From a bacterium (GTDB taxonomy: Bacteria > UBA8248): DNA of 64,000 nucleotides. The notes below the pieces were generated by a model. That model was not told where the DNA came from, searched no databases, and saw nothing but the letters and a program-made list of their open reading frames with translations. Below are positions 31,754 to 41,292 of the stretch, piece after piece (the stretch's first letter is position 1; every line of letters starts with the position of its first letter). The stretch is from NCBI GenBank assembly GCA_965203325.1, contig OZ241875.1, forward strand, positions 1,440,001 to 1,504,000, written 5' to 3'. The position numbers and the translations under genes were made by a program.

Positions 31754-31831
31754 TGGCGTCCCCAAGGGGATTCGAACCCCTGTTGCCGGCGTGAAAGGCC
31801 GGTGTCCTGGGCCAGGCTAGACGATGGGGAC
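31754..31831 (-). tRNA. tRNA-Glu(TTC)
   Basis: GTCCCCATCGTCTAG...CCGGC-CTTTCAC-GCCGG...AGGGGTTCGAATCCCCTTGGGGACGCCA. Confidence 0.97.
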
Positions 31832-31928
31832 AAGTAAATTCCATGATGGCCGGGATGGGAAACCCCAGACCATCAAGGGGTCGATTTATACTGGTTTTTG
31901 CGTCGGAAGTCCATCCTGCTCTTCTGTT

Positions 31929-32798
31929 TCAAACGCGCAAGACGACGAGTATCACCCCGCTCACGGTGAGCGTCGCTCCCGCGGGTACGCGCCATGTGAT
32001 GAACTCGGCTCTCCTGAGAAAGATCACACTGAAAAGCACGGTGAACAAAGGGCTGATCTGAACGAGCGGCACCACCCTGAAAACCTGGCTCACCTGCAAG
32101 GCGGAGGTGAAGAGAAAAATTCCCATCCCCGCCGCTATCCCGCCCAGCAGATACGGCCAAAACGCTTGTTTTACGTCTCCTGTCTCTTCTTCGCGCAAGG
32201 CGTAACAGGTGTATGCGCCCACCAAGACGAGAGCGGCGGCGGCGCCTACCATCGAGGCGGGAAGTGCACTCGGAAAAGCGACCAACCCCTTCTTCCAGGA
32301 CATGGCTCCAAACCCCGAAATGATTGCCGCGATCAGGGGCCACCGAGCGTCCCAACGGCTCCATCGTCCTTCCGTCTTTCCCGATACGAGCAATACGATA
32401 CCGCCTACCACGAACACAATGCCTACCAGATGATACCAAGCCGGGTCCTCTCCCAGAAAAATGAGCGCGAAAAGAGCAGCGAATATGGGAGACATACCCT
32501 TTATGGGCGCCGCGCGCGCTACGCCAATTCGGTGGATACCAATCAGGAAGAAGATGAGGAACAGACCCGGGTTACACAGGCCTCCAACCATTATCCACAG
32601 GTAGTGCACGCCCATTTCCGGGAACGAGGGCCCCAGGAGGAAAACCAACGGAACGAAGAAGACCAACTCCCCCACCAGCGTGATGGTGGCGCCCACGAAA
32701 TGGTTGGCGAATTGCAAACCCTTGCGTGCGAAGATATCTGCGCATGTAAAAGAGAGCGCCGCGCTCAGAGCAAGAAAAACGAACGGTTCGATCAACAA
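31929..32798 (-). CDS. DMT/EamA family transporter
   Basis: About ten TM segments in two repeats; SPIFAALFALIFLGE. Confidence 0.85.
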   Translation of the reverse strand: MLIEPFVFLALSAALSFTCADIFARKGLQFANHFVGATITLVGELVFFVPLVFLLGPSFPEMGVHYLWIMVGGLCNPGLFLIFFLIGIHRIGVARAAPIKGMSPIFAALFALIFLGEDPAWYHLVGIVFVVGGIVLLVSGKTEGRWSRWDARWPLIAAIISGFGAMSWKKGLVAFPSALPASMVGAAAALVLVGAYTCYALREEETGDVKQAFWPYLLGGIAAGMGIFLFTSALQVSQVFRVVPLVQISPLFTVLFSVIFLRRAEFITWRVPAGATLTVSGVILVVLRV

Positions 32799-32864
32799 GG
32801 CGGGAGTCTCCGCGCGAAAGTCAACGGGCTCAAAGATATTCTCCCGCGGAGGAGCCTAGAAATT

Positions 32865-34085
32865 CTAGGCGAGGTATTTTTTCGAATTTCCCAAGAACTC
32901 GACCACAGATTGAGCGAAGACGCTGACGCCGACTGCCAACGCGTCCTCATCCAGGTCGAACAGATCGGAATGCAACCCGTGCACGAATCCTTTTCCCGGG
33001 TTCGATATGCCCACGCGAAACAATGCGCCGGGCCGTTTCTCCACCATGTAGGAGAAATCCTCGGCTCCCATCGAAAGCGGCATCTCCTCCACGTTCTCTG
33101 CGCCGAGAACCTGAACCCCCGCATTTTCGACGAGTGCGGCGGCGGCCTCGTGGTTCACCAGAACGGGATATCCCGGCGTGATTTCCAGGTCGATTTCCAC
33201 GTCGAAGGCTTCCGCCACTCCGCGCGCCACCGCCCGCACGCGGTCGGCCACCTTCGCTCTGACCTTCGGATCATGCGTGCGGATGGTGCCTTGGAGCTTG
33301 GCGTCACGCGGCACGATGTTGACCGCTACGCCGGCCTCGAACGTAGTGATCGAAAGAACGGCGGATTCGAAAGGACCGACGTTTCTACTTACGATACATT
33401 GAAGCGCGGTCACCAGATGGCAGGCGGCCAGCAGGGCGTCTTTGGATTGATGGGGATACGCCGCGTGCGAACTGACGCCTCTGACGTGAATCTGGAGTCT
33501 GTCCCCCGCCGCCAGCGAGGGGCCCGGCCTCGTGCCGATATGGCCAACAGGCATATCGGGCCACACGTGCGCGGCGATGAGGAGATCCACCTGCGGTCCT
33601 TCCAGAACGCCCTCTTCCACCATTCTCTTGCCGCCGGCCTTGCCCTCCTCCGCCGGCTGAAATATGAATTTGACGTTGCCCCCCAGGCCATCAAGCCAGC
33701 TTTTATTCTCGGAAAGCAGGCGAGCCGCACCCAGCAGCATGCTCACATGAGCGTCATGACCACAGGCGTGCATCTTCCCCGGCCGGCGGCTCTTGTAGGG
33801 TACGTCGTTGGACTCATCGATGGAGAGCGCATCCATATCGGCGCGTATGCCGATGGTGGGGCCGGGACGTCCCGTCTCGAGCAGGCCGACCACTCCGGTT
33901 TCCGCGATGCCTGCATGTACACCAAGCCCGAAACTTTCGAGGTTCTCCACGATGAGGCGGGAGGTTTCATGCTCCTCGTAGGCGAGTTCGGGATTCATAT
34001 GAAGGGTGCGCCTGGTCTCGGAAAGCCACGGCAGCAGCGCCAGTGAGGCATCCCGTATCGATCGAGACGTGTCGGCGGATTTCAT
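32865..34085 (-). CDS. M20 family amidohydrolase
   Basis: LHMNPEL, RADMDAL, MHACGHD, FQPAEEG, AEDFS. Confidence 0.92.
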   Translation of the reverse strand: MKSADTSRSIRDASLALLPWLSETRRTLHMNPELAYEEHETSRLIVENLESFGLGVHAGIAETGVVGLLETGRPGPTIGIRADMDALSIDESNDVPYKSRRPGKMHACGHDAHVSMLLGAARLLSENKSWLDGLGGNVKFIFQPAEEGKAGGKRMVEEGVLEGPQVDLLIAAHVWPDMPVGHIGTRPGPSLAAGDRLQIHVRGVSSHAAYPHQSKDALLAACHLVTALQCIVSRNVGPFESAVLSITTFEAGVAVNIVPRDAKLQGTIRTHDPKVRAKVADRVRAVARGVAEAFDVEIDLEITPGYPVLVNHEAAAALVENAGVQVLGAENVEEMPLSMGAEDFSYMVEKRPGALFRVGISNPGKGFVHGLHSDLFDLDEDALAVGVSVFAQSVVEFLGNSKKYLA

Positions 34086-34343
34086 CGATTCGCTTTCCTC
34101 ATCACGTTGACGCCCTCGCTGAAGAAAATCCGCAAAGGTTCGCTTGACGCTCGGATAATTTGTTCAATGAAGGGTAGATAACACAAACAATGGAGATAAA
34201 CCAATCCATCGCCCGAACCTGCGCTTATGGGTCTGGGCGGCTATTCCGTTCAGGCATGAATGCTTTGTTCTGCCGCGGGTTTGATAAAGGAGTAACACCA
34301 CAAATTAAAAAACGCACACGGATCTGTCACCCACACCAAGAAA

Positions 34344-36020
34344 TCAAAAATCATCCGCAGAGAAGTCTGGCCGCTCACGCAATATCGCCTTGATGTCCTC
34401 TCTCTTGTGTTTGCGCGTGGTCGTTTTGGGCAACTCCTCCTCAGGCCAGAGGAAAAATCCGGCCACTCTCTTATAATCCGCGAGATGCACGCTCAATCGT
34501 TTGAGTTCGGAATCGGCCAGGGCGGTGCGCTTCTCGTCTTCATCAGGCAAATCGGCTTCCGGGTCGAGCACCACGACAGCGAATACCTCCTCGCCGCCGC
34601 GGGGTGTTTTCCGCCCGATGACACATACGTCCTGAAACCACTCGCTCTCGAGAAGCTGCTCTTCCACCTCCTCGGGATAGATGTTCTTCCCCGCCTCGGA
34701 GACGATGACGTTCTTGGAACGACCGCATATCGTGAGGTAGCCGCCCGAGTCCAGGCGGCCGATGTCTCCGGTATGAAACCACCCGTCTCGCAGGACCTCC
34801 GCCGTGAGTTCGGGGTTCTCGAAGTAGCCCTGCATTACGTTCGGGCCACGTATGAGGATTTCACCCTCTCCCTCATCCGCGCCCTCTACGGGTACAATCC
34901 GCGCCTCCACCCCCGGAATCGGCGGGCCGACGGTTCCAATTCTGTTCGGCGCTCCCGGCGGATTCGCATGGGTGACGGGGGAGGTTTCCGTCAAGCCATA
35001 CCCCTGGAGCACCTCGATCCCAAAAATGAGCAAATCACGTGCGATCTTGGGATCGAGCGCGGCTCCCCCGCTCGCGAAATAGCGCAGATTCGGGCCGAGA
35101 TTCTTCTTCACCTGAGAAAACAACGATCCCCCGACGCGAAGACCCATGGAGAGACAAATGCCGGAAATCCCGAAAAGCATCTTGAAGATGATTTTCTTCG
35201 CACCGCTCAGCGAATCCACGTTCGACATGATTCGTTTGTGGATAAGCCGCGCCAGCGCTGGCACCATGAGGCAGATGGTGATGCCCTGGTTTTGCATGGC
35301 CTCCACGAGAAGGCGAGGGTTCAACGATGAGAGGTAATGCACGCGGGCGCCTGCCGCAAGCGGAATCAGGAAACCGCCCGTGCTCTCGAACATATGGTGA
35401 AGCGGCAGAATCGATAGAAAAACGTCGTCCTCCCCGGCGAAGAAAGGTTCAAGTACGGCGCGCACGTTGGAGGTGATATTCCCGTGAGAGAGCATCACGC
35501 CCTTGGGCGTTCCCGTCGTTCCCGATGAAAACGACACCAGTGCCAGATCATCCGGACTTCGTTCTGCGCCCGGCAGCGTATCCAGCGAAGCGGCAAGGGC
35601 AGGCTCTCTGTCCCCATCGATGCGCAATACCGCGCAATTCGATGCGAGACCATCCACCAGAACATTGGCGCGTTCTTGTTCGCTCGCGTCCGTAACCAGG
35701 CATACGGGTCTTGCCTTCTCCAGGATGTTTGCGAGTTCTCCTTCTTTGAGATTCACATCCAGGGGCACGAGAACCCCGCCGGCGAGCAGCGCCCCGAAAT
35801 ATCCCACGCCCCATTCGGGTTGATTTGGCGCCAGCAGAGCGATGAAATCGCCCGGTTTCACGCCCGCATCCATCAAATCTCGAGCCAAAGCAGCGGCTTT
35901 CCCGCACAACTCCTCTCTCGTTAGTGTCACCCGGCCGCGTCCTTCCACGTCGCCTTCAAAGGCGATCGAATCGGGAAATTTCGCGGTTGTCTCTTTCAGA
36001 AGCTCAATCAGTGTATCCAT
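34344..36020 (-). CDS. Long-chain acyl-CoA ligase / AMP-binding protein
   Basis: FSSGTTGTPKGVMLSH, GYGLTET, WFHTGDIG, GKNIYPEEVE. Confidence 0.9.
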   Translation of the reverse strand: MDTLIELLKETTAKFPDSIAFEGDVEGRGRVTLTREELCGKAAALARDLMDAGVKPGDFIALLAPNQPEWGVGYFGALLAGGVLVPLDVNLKEGELANILEKARPVCLVTDASEQERANVLVDGLASNCAVLRIDGDREPALAASLDTLPGAERSPDDLALVSFSSGTTGTPKGVMLSHGNITSNVRAVLEPFFAGEDDVFLSILPLHHMFESTGGFLIPLAAGARVHYLSSLNPRLLVEAMQNQGITICLMVPALARLIHKRIMSNVDSLSGAKKIIFKMLFGISGICLSMGLRVGGSLFSQVKKNLGPNLRYFASGGAALDPKIARDLLIFGIEVLQGYGLTETSPVTHANPPGAPNRIGTVGPPIPGVEARIVPVEGADEGEGEILIRGPNVMQGYFENPELTAEVLRDGWFHTGDIGRLDSGGYLTICGRSKNVIVSEAGKNIYPEEVEEQLLESEWFQDVCVIGRKTPRGGEEVFAVVVLDPEADLPDEDEKRTALADSELKRLSVHLADYKRVAGFFLWPEEELPKTTTRKHKREDIKAILRERPDFSADDF

Positions 36021-36104
36021 CCCAGTTCCTCCTGCATCAACCCGCTCGAAAGCTCCGCAGACAGAGCGAGGTTCATCACCACTCGACTCCATCGAGCGTT
36101 CCGG

Positions 36105-36896
36105 TTAGATCAGCCGCTTTCTGACCTGCCATGCGGCGAATTCTCCCGCGAAAACCAGGGCGATGATCGCCAGCACAAGCACGCCTGATTTTTGCCACTG
36201 AAACTGCTTGACGTACAAGAACACGTAAAACCCCAAGCCCCCTGCACCGACGAGACCCAGAATCGTGGAATCGCGCAGATTCATCTCGAAACGTATGGCC
36301 AGATGCGCGACCATTTGCGGCAAAACCTGGGGAATGAGACCGTGTTGAATGATCTGAAGGGAAGAGGCCCCCGTGCCCTGTAGTGCCAGCAGAGGTTTCG
36401 GGTCGGTCGCCTCGATTTCCTCCGCCACGAACCGGCCGAGCACGCCGACAGAGTGCACCGCCAACGCCAGCACGCCGGGAAAAGGGCCGAGCCCCACGGC
36501 GGAGACGAACAACAATGCGAGGAGTAACAGTGGGATGGAGCGGACGAACGCCATAAACGCCTTGATGGGCAGGTGCACCCAAACCGGCGTCCAGTTCGAC
36601 GCCGCGAGTACGCCCAGTGGATAGGCAAACAAAGCACCCAGAAAAGTGCCCGCAATGGTGGTTTGCAGCGTTTCGACAGCCGAGGTCAGTAAAACATCCC
36701 AAACCGACCAATCGGGCGGCGTCATCCGGCCAAAGAAGTGAAACAGTTGGGGAACCCCGCGCCAGAATTGCCCGGGTGAAAACTCAGAACCCTGAAAAGA
36801 CCAGAATAAGAGTGCGCTAACCGCCAGGAAGAGGCTGACCTTGCCAGCCGTACGGCCAGGTGAAAGCGCTTCTGCTTGCTCTCGTTCCGTTCCCAT
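36105..36896 (-). CDS. phnE: PhnE/PtxC-like ABC permease
   Basis: GLGPFPGVLAL, RFEMNLRDSTILGLVGAGGLG. Confidence 0.88.
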   Translation of the reverse strand: MGTEREQAEALSPGRTAGKVSLFLAVSALLFWSFQGSEFSPGQFWRGVPQLFHFFGRMTPPDWSVWDVLLTSAVETLQTTIAGTFLGALFAYPLGVLAASNWTPVWVHLPIKAFMAFVRSIPLLLLALLFVSAVGLGPFPGVLALAVHSVGVLGRFVAEEIEATDPKPLLALQGTGASSLQIIQHGLIPQVLPQMVAHLAIRFEMNLRDSTILGLVGAGGLGFYVFLYVKQFQWQKSGVLVLAIIALVFAGEFAAWQVRKRLI

Positions 36897-37662
36897 TCAC
36901 GACTCCGTTCGTTCCCATGAACTCGTAGATTTCACATATCCTATCATTCGAGAGGGAATCCGAAGAACCATCCCACATGATTTTTCCGTTTTTCATCGCA
37001 AGGATTCTATCGGCATACTTGCGCGCCAGTTCGGGGAGGTGGAGGCTCATCATGAGCGTGAGTTCGTAGGCGTCGCAAACGGACACGAGAAGATCCATAA
37101 TGTCCTCTGCCAATGCCGGGTCCAGGCTCGAAACGGGTTCGTCTGCCAGCAGAATCGTCGGCTCCTGCGCCAACGCCCGGGCGATGGCCACGCGCTGCTG
37201 TTCTCCGCCGGAGAGCGTGCGGGCGAAGCGACGCTGCATGTCCTCGAGATGCACCTCGTGAATAGCCTGTGCGCAGATTTGCAAATCGCGCTGCGAGCAG
37301 ATTCCCAACGCGCTTTTGAGCAAAGACACGTAACCCAACCTTCCGTGATAGACGTTTTGCCAGACGGTTTCCCGGCCTATCAGGTCGAAATGCTGGTGAA
37401 TCATGCCGATATGGCGATGATGCGTTTTCATCTTCTGCGGGTCCTTGATCGGGAAAATATCCCCCATCACGACTACCTTCCCCTCATGGCAGGGCACGTA
37501 GCCCTTCAGCATTCTCATGAGGGTCGTCTTGCCGGAACCGCTGTTGCCGATGATGGCCAGCCTCTCCCCACGAGAGACCTCAAGATGATCAATGGCAAGA
37601 ATCGTCCGCCCCTCCATCTCCACGCGCGCATCTTCGATTTGGATGACCATTTCTTTCGACAT
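36817..37662 (-). CDS. phnC: PhnC-like ABC ATPase
   Basis: [41 protein letters not shown]. Confidence 0.88.
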   Translation of the reverse strand: MSKEMVIQIEDARVEMEGRTILAIDHLEVSRGERLAIIGNSGSGKTTLMRMLKGYVPCHEGKVVVMGDIFPIKDPQKMKTHHRHIGMIHQHFDLIGRETVWQNVYHGRLGYVSLLKSALGICSQRDLQICAQAIHEVHLEDMQRRFARTLSGGEQQRVAIARALAQEPTILLADEPVSSLDPALAEDIMDLLVSVCDAYELTLMMSLHLPELARKYADRILAMKNGKIMWDGSSDSLSNDRICEIYEFMGTNGVVNGNGTRASRSAFTWPYGWQGQPLPGG

Positions 37663-37665
37663 TTC

Positions 37666-38589
37666 CTACTCCTTCAAAAAACCATACCTACGAGCCATAT
37701 CGGCCACGGGTTGATATCGACTGTGATCGACTCTGACGTAACCATTTGTCCCGTAAAGAGCCCGCATCAAACTGCGATACTCGGGCCGGTTCATCTTCAT
37801 CATCGCCGCAATGAATTTTCGTCTGATTTCAGGCTCCAGGCCTTTGCGAACCACCACGTTGTGGCTGGGGATTCTGGCCGATTGCGCGATAGCGACGACT
37901 TGGTCGCGCTGCTCGGGACGGAGAAGATTGAGGGCGTATTGACTGACGCCGGCGGCGGCGACGAAGCCGCCGACCATCGAGTTGATCGCCTGCTGATCCC
38001 CGCCTGCAAAATAAACCCTTCGAAAAAATCCGCCCTCGGGCTTTCCCACTCCCCCATTCGCCAGACCAGCGTGGATGAAAATGTCATGGGGGTACATGAA
38101 CCCCGAACTCGAAATGGGATCGACATAAGCAATGGTCTTTCCCTTGAGATCGGATAGTCTCTTGATGCCGCTGTCCTTGCGAACGAAAATCCTCGCATAG
38201 TAGTAGGGTTTTCCGTCGTATATCTCCCCGAGCACCGCCTCGACTCCCGAATACTTGTTTGCCAGGACATAAGGCAGCGGAGACATGAAACTTACGTCCG
38301 CCTTTTTCGAGATCATCGCTTCTACTGCGGCCGAGTAGTTCAAGGTGATGAAATAGCGGACTTTCCGCCCCATTTCTTTTTCCAGGAAATTCATCGCAGG
38401 CCTCACGTTGCTGATGAGTTTCTCGGGATTCTCCAGCGGAATGAACGCGACCCGGAGCTCTCTATCGCTCGCGTAGAGGGGAGCCGCAGCAAACACCAAA
38501 AAGCTGAAAATAAGGAGAATCGCCATCTGAAATACGACCCTCGGCGCTCGCGGCGAAGATATTCGGATGAAACGCATGGTTCTGCTCAT
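37666..38589 (-). CDS. phnD: PhnD/PtxB-like phosphonate/phosphite substrate-binding protein
   Basis: LRVAFIP, NYSAAVEAM, LKGKTIAYVDPISSSGFMYP, IPSH. Start uncertain. Confidence 0.85.
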   Translation of the reverse strand: MSRTMRFIRISSPRAPRVVFQMAILLIFSFLVFAAAPLYASDRELRVAFIPLENPEKLISNVRPAMNFLEKEMGRKVRYFITLNYSAAVEAMISKKADVSFMSPLPYVLANKYSGVEAVLGEIYDGKPYYYARIFVRKDSGIKRLSDLKGKTIAYVDPISSSGFMYPHDIFIHAGLANGGVGKPEGGFFRRVYFAGGDQQAINSMVGGFVAAAGVSQYALNLLRPEQRDQVVAIAQSARIPSHNVVVRKGLEPEIRRKFIAAMMKMNRPEYRSLMRALYGTNGYVRVDHSRYQPVADMARRYGFLKE

Positions 38590-40484
38590 TTCAATTTGTC
38601 CTGGTTTTTCTGATAAAGAGCGTGATAAGCCGCTATTTTGCCGTCGGTCATCTTCACGTCGCCGTCCAGATGAGCTCGCAAGGCCTCATTCAGTTTCTTT
38701 TCCATTTCATTGAGAATCGGCAGGTTTCCCTTGTCCTGAACATCCCACTTGTGGGCCTGCACTTCACGCACCACGGTTTTCAGCAAGACGGTGATCAACT
38801 CTTTTTTCTTTCTCTGTTTCAACCGCTCATACGTGGAGAGGAAAAACTTGAACTCCTCCAACTCCGACTCCAGCGTGTAAACAGTATCCTCAATCCCCTG
38901 GACGCCATCACCCACGGCTTCGACGTAGGCCGTGAGATCGTCGATGTCCTTTGCACCCAATCCCAGCTTGAATTGCGTGTTGAACCATTCATTCACCGCC
39001 CGCAGGGTGGGCAGGCTCCCGTCGTGGAAATATGGGGCCGTGAATTTCGACGAGAGTAGTGTGGGCGTATCCAGGCCTCCCACGTGGAAGGGCTGGTTCT
39101 CTCCTCCCGTGGAACCGATGTTGTGGCGTTTGTGGTCGACGAAATTCGCATTTGGGATGTGACAACTCGCGCAACTCATGCCGCCCATCATCTGCGGAAA
39201 CTTCCGGTGAAATATCTTCTCGCCCCGAAGGGCTGCTTTCGAAACCTTCCCGGGATTCAGTCTCCCGCTTTTTCTCAGCTTCGGGTTCGGCAAGAATTCG
39301 AATTCGTTCATATAGGCGATCATCCCGTCCATGACCATCGGATCGGGCTCTGGCCCATTGAACTCGTTCACGATGACGTTGCGGACGAATTCCCTGAGCG
39401 AGGCGAAACGCCCGTTTCTGCCATATGGGGCCGTGAAGCGAATGCCCCGCAAATCGGGCGTGTCCAATGGATCGTGCAGGCCGTTGTTGGCGTGCCCTGC
39501 GAAGAAGCTGTTCGACACGTCCATCCCGCCCTTTTCCCTGGAAAGTCCCGGGATGAAGAATTTGGGATTCGTCACTCCCTTGTTGTGGCAAGTGTTGCAA
39601 CTTATTCCGAGGCTACGCGCTGGCTCGCCGAAAATCTCAGAACTGTCGAAAGCCATGTCTCCCAGGGCGATGAGAAAGGTTTCCGCCTCGTTTACTCCGC
39701 GCTCCGCCATGCCGAGAATTTGTCTTGGACGCGGGAGTTGCTTGTTGATATCGGAGCCGGGCGGCAGGCGCCTCGGCACTTTCGCTGATTGAATATACGT
39801 TTCGCTCGCCTTGGGACGGGGTAAAAGTCTGTGTTCTTTTCCGGCCCGGAACCCGGAAAAATTCGAATGGAAATATCGGCGAATAAACGCGACGCTCTCG
39901 CGGATTTTCTCCAGATTCATCGGCCTTGAGCCGATGCCCATCACGCCCGCAGCCCCAAGATGAGAATTCGCTTCGAGCCAGTGGACCTGCAGCCTCTTCC
40001 ACCCTTCCGGATCCAGATGCGGCAAGGCATCAGCGAAAGCCTGAGATATTCTGCGCGCCTCGTTCAGGCGGTTTTTCACCTCGGCTCTGCTCGAATCCGC
40101 TTTGATCCCGTCCAAGCGAGAGATTAACAACGAGGTGACTCCCCGCGTCACCAAAGAGAAAACCAAACGACTCCCGTTTTTGCGCGCGACGACCATATCC
40201 GGCTCTTCATCACCTCTGCCCACCGGCTGGGCCACATGCTTGGCAGCAGCCAACTCCGCCGAGTATTTTTTCGCGCCATGGGAATCCACAGCTCCGAGAG
40301 CTTCCTGGATACGCTCCATATCGGACCATACCTGCGGCCAGAGCACTGGATTCAGATTCAAGATGAAACTGACTCGACGATAACTTTCGGCAACGGGGTG
40401 CAATTCTTCGGGAGGGACGATGTGCGCCGAGGCCGGACTGAAACTCATCATCAGAAGCCCAGCGGCCATAAGCCATGCCGGCAT
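38586..40484 (-). CDS. Secreted di-heme cytochrome c peroxidase/MauG-like protein with a large helical N-terminal domain
   Basis: Two CxxCH motifs (CNTCH, CASCH), DTPDLRG..FTAPY, DTPTL..TAPYFHDGS. Signal peptide ending ...SPASA|HIVPP. Start could be anywhere from 40484 to 40598. Confidence 0.8.
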   Translation of the reverse strand: MPAWLMAAGLLMMSFSPASAHIVPPEELHPVAESYRRVSFILNLNPVLWPQVWSDMERIQEALGAVDSHGAKKYSAELAAAKHVAQPVGRGDEEPDMVVARKNGSRLVFSLVTRGVTSLLISRLDGIKADSSRAEVKNRLNEARRISQAFADALPHLDPEGWKRLQVHWLEANSHLGAAGVMGIGSRPMNLEKIRESVAFIRRYFHSNFSGFRAGKEHRLLPRPKASETYIQSAKVPRRLPPGSDINKQLPRPRQILGMAERGVNEAETFLIALGDMAFDSSEIFGEPARSLGISCNTCHNKGVTNPKFFIPGLSREKGGMDVSNSFFAGHANNGLHDPLDTPDLRGIRFTAPYGRNGRFASLREFVRNVIVNEFNGPEPDPMVMDGMIAYMNEFEFLPNPKLRKSGRLNPGKVSKAALRGEKIFHRKFPQMMGGMSCASCHIPNANFVDHKRHNIGSTGGENQPFHVGGLDTPTLLSSKFTAPYFHDGSLPTLRAVNEWFNTQFKLGLGAKDIDDLTAYVEAVGDGVQGIEDTVYTLESELEEFKFFLSTYERLKQRKKKELITVLLKTVVREVQAHKWDVQDKGNLPILNEMEKKLNEALRAHLDGDVKMTDGKIAAYHALYQKNQDKLK

Positions 40485-40628
40485 CGTCAAGGAATTTTTC
40501 ACACGCAGTGCAAGACTCGCCCCGGGCGCCATGAGGCCGCATAACATATTTACGGTTCTCCAGAAAAACACCAACAAAACAATTTTATTAATATCCAAAA
40601 AATAAAGTCAACCCCTACTGAATAAATT

Positions 40629-40644
40629 TTTAGGCATGCCTAAA
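40629..40644. promoter_or_regulatory. Perfect palindrome resembling a DtxR/IdeR/MntR operator
   Basis: TTTAGGCATGCCTAAA fits TTAGG-N4-CCTAA and sits in the AT-rich region upstream of the di-heme gene. Confidence 0.7.
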
Positions 40645-40742
40645 TTCAAGAAAAGACACCAAGACCCACATAAACAGACGCTTCGGGGACTTAATTGAAA
40701 ATGACGCATGTAAAGTTTGTATTCTTTGAGAAGTTCGAGCGC

Positions 40743-40775
40743 AAAAAACCGGCCCTGGTAAAGGCCGGTTTTTTT
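40743..40775. terminator. Intrinsic terminator downstream of glnK
   Basis: AAAAAACCGGCC-ctggtaaa-GGCCGGTTTTTTT. Confidence 0.8.
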
Positions 40776-40893
40776 AAGGCTGGATACTTGGTATTTGAAG
40801 AATCGCTCCGAAGGCAGATACCGAAGACGATAAAATCATCTACACCATCAACTCCGCCTTGTCGTGGAAACGACTCCGATGCGGAGCAGGTTC

Positions 40894-41232
40894 TTAAATA
40901 GCGCTATCGCCTCTGTCGCCGGTGCGTATGCGCACGCAATCCTCCACCGGCTGGACGAATATCTTGCCATCTCCTATCTGGCCCGAATTCGCCGCATCGC
41001 AAATCGCCGTGACGATGGCATCGGCGTTATCATCCTGCGTCAATATTTCCACTTTGATTTTCGGCAGGAAATCGACCACGTACTCGCTGCCGCGATAAAG
41101 CTCGGTGTGTCCCTTCTGACGGCCAAAACCCTTCACTTCGGTGACCGTCATTCCCGTCACACCGGCATCTCCCAGAGTTTCTTTCACACTTTCCAGCTTG
41201 AATGGCTTAATAATCGCCGTGACTAAACGCAT
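40894..41232 (-). CDS. glnK: PII nitrogen regulator
   Basis: GFGRQKGHTELYRGSEY, GQIGDGKIF; adjacent to amtB. Confidence 0.95.
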   Translation of the reverse strand: MRLVTAIIKPFKLESVKETLGDAGVTGMTVTEVKGFGRQKGHTELYRGSEYVVDFLPKIKVEILTQDDNADAIVTAICDAANSGQIGDGKIFVQPVEDCVRIRTGDRGDSAI

Positions 41233-41292
41233 TGTTCATTCCTCTCAAGATGACGGATGGATTCATCCAGTATAAATCCCCTCGCGCTTGAA

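Noticed and set aside
31611..31844. N-terminal extension of the LIC12162-like ORF
   Set aside because: It overlaps tRNA-Glu on the same strand.
31824..34046. 740-aa plus-strand ORF
   Set aside because: Antisense shadow of the EamA and M20 genes, with no recognisable motifs.
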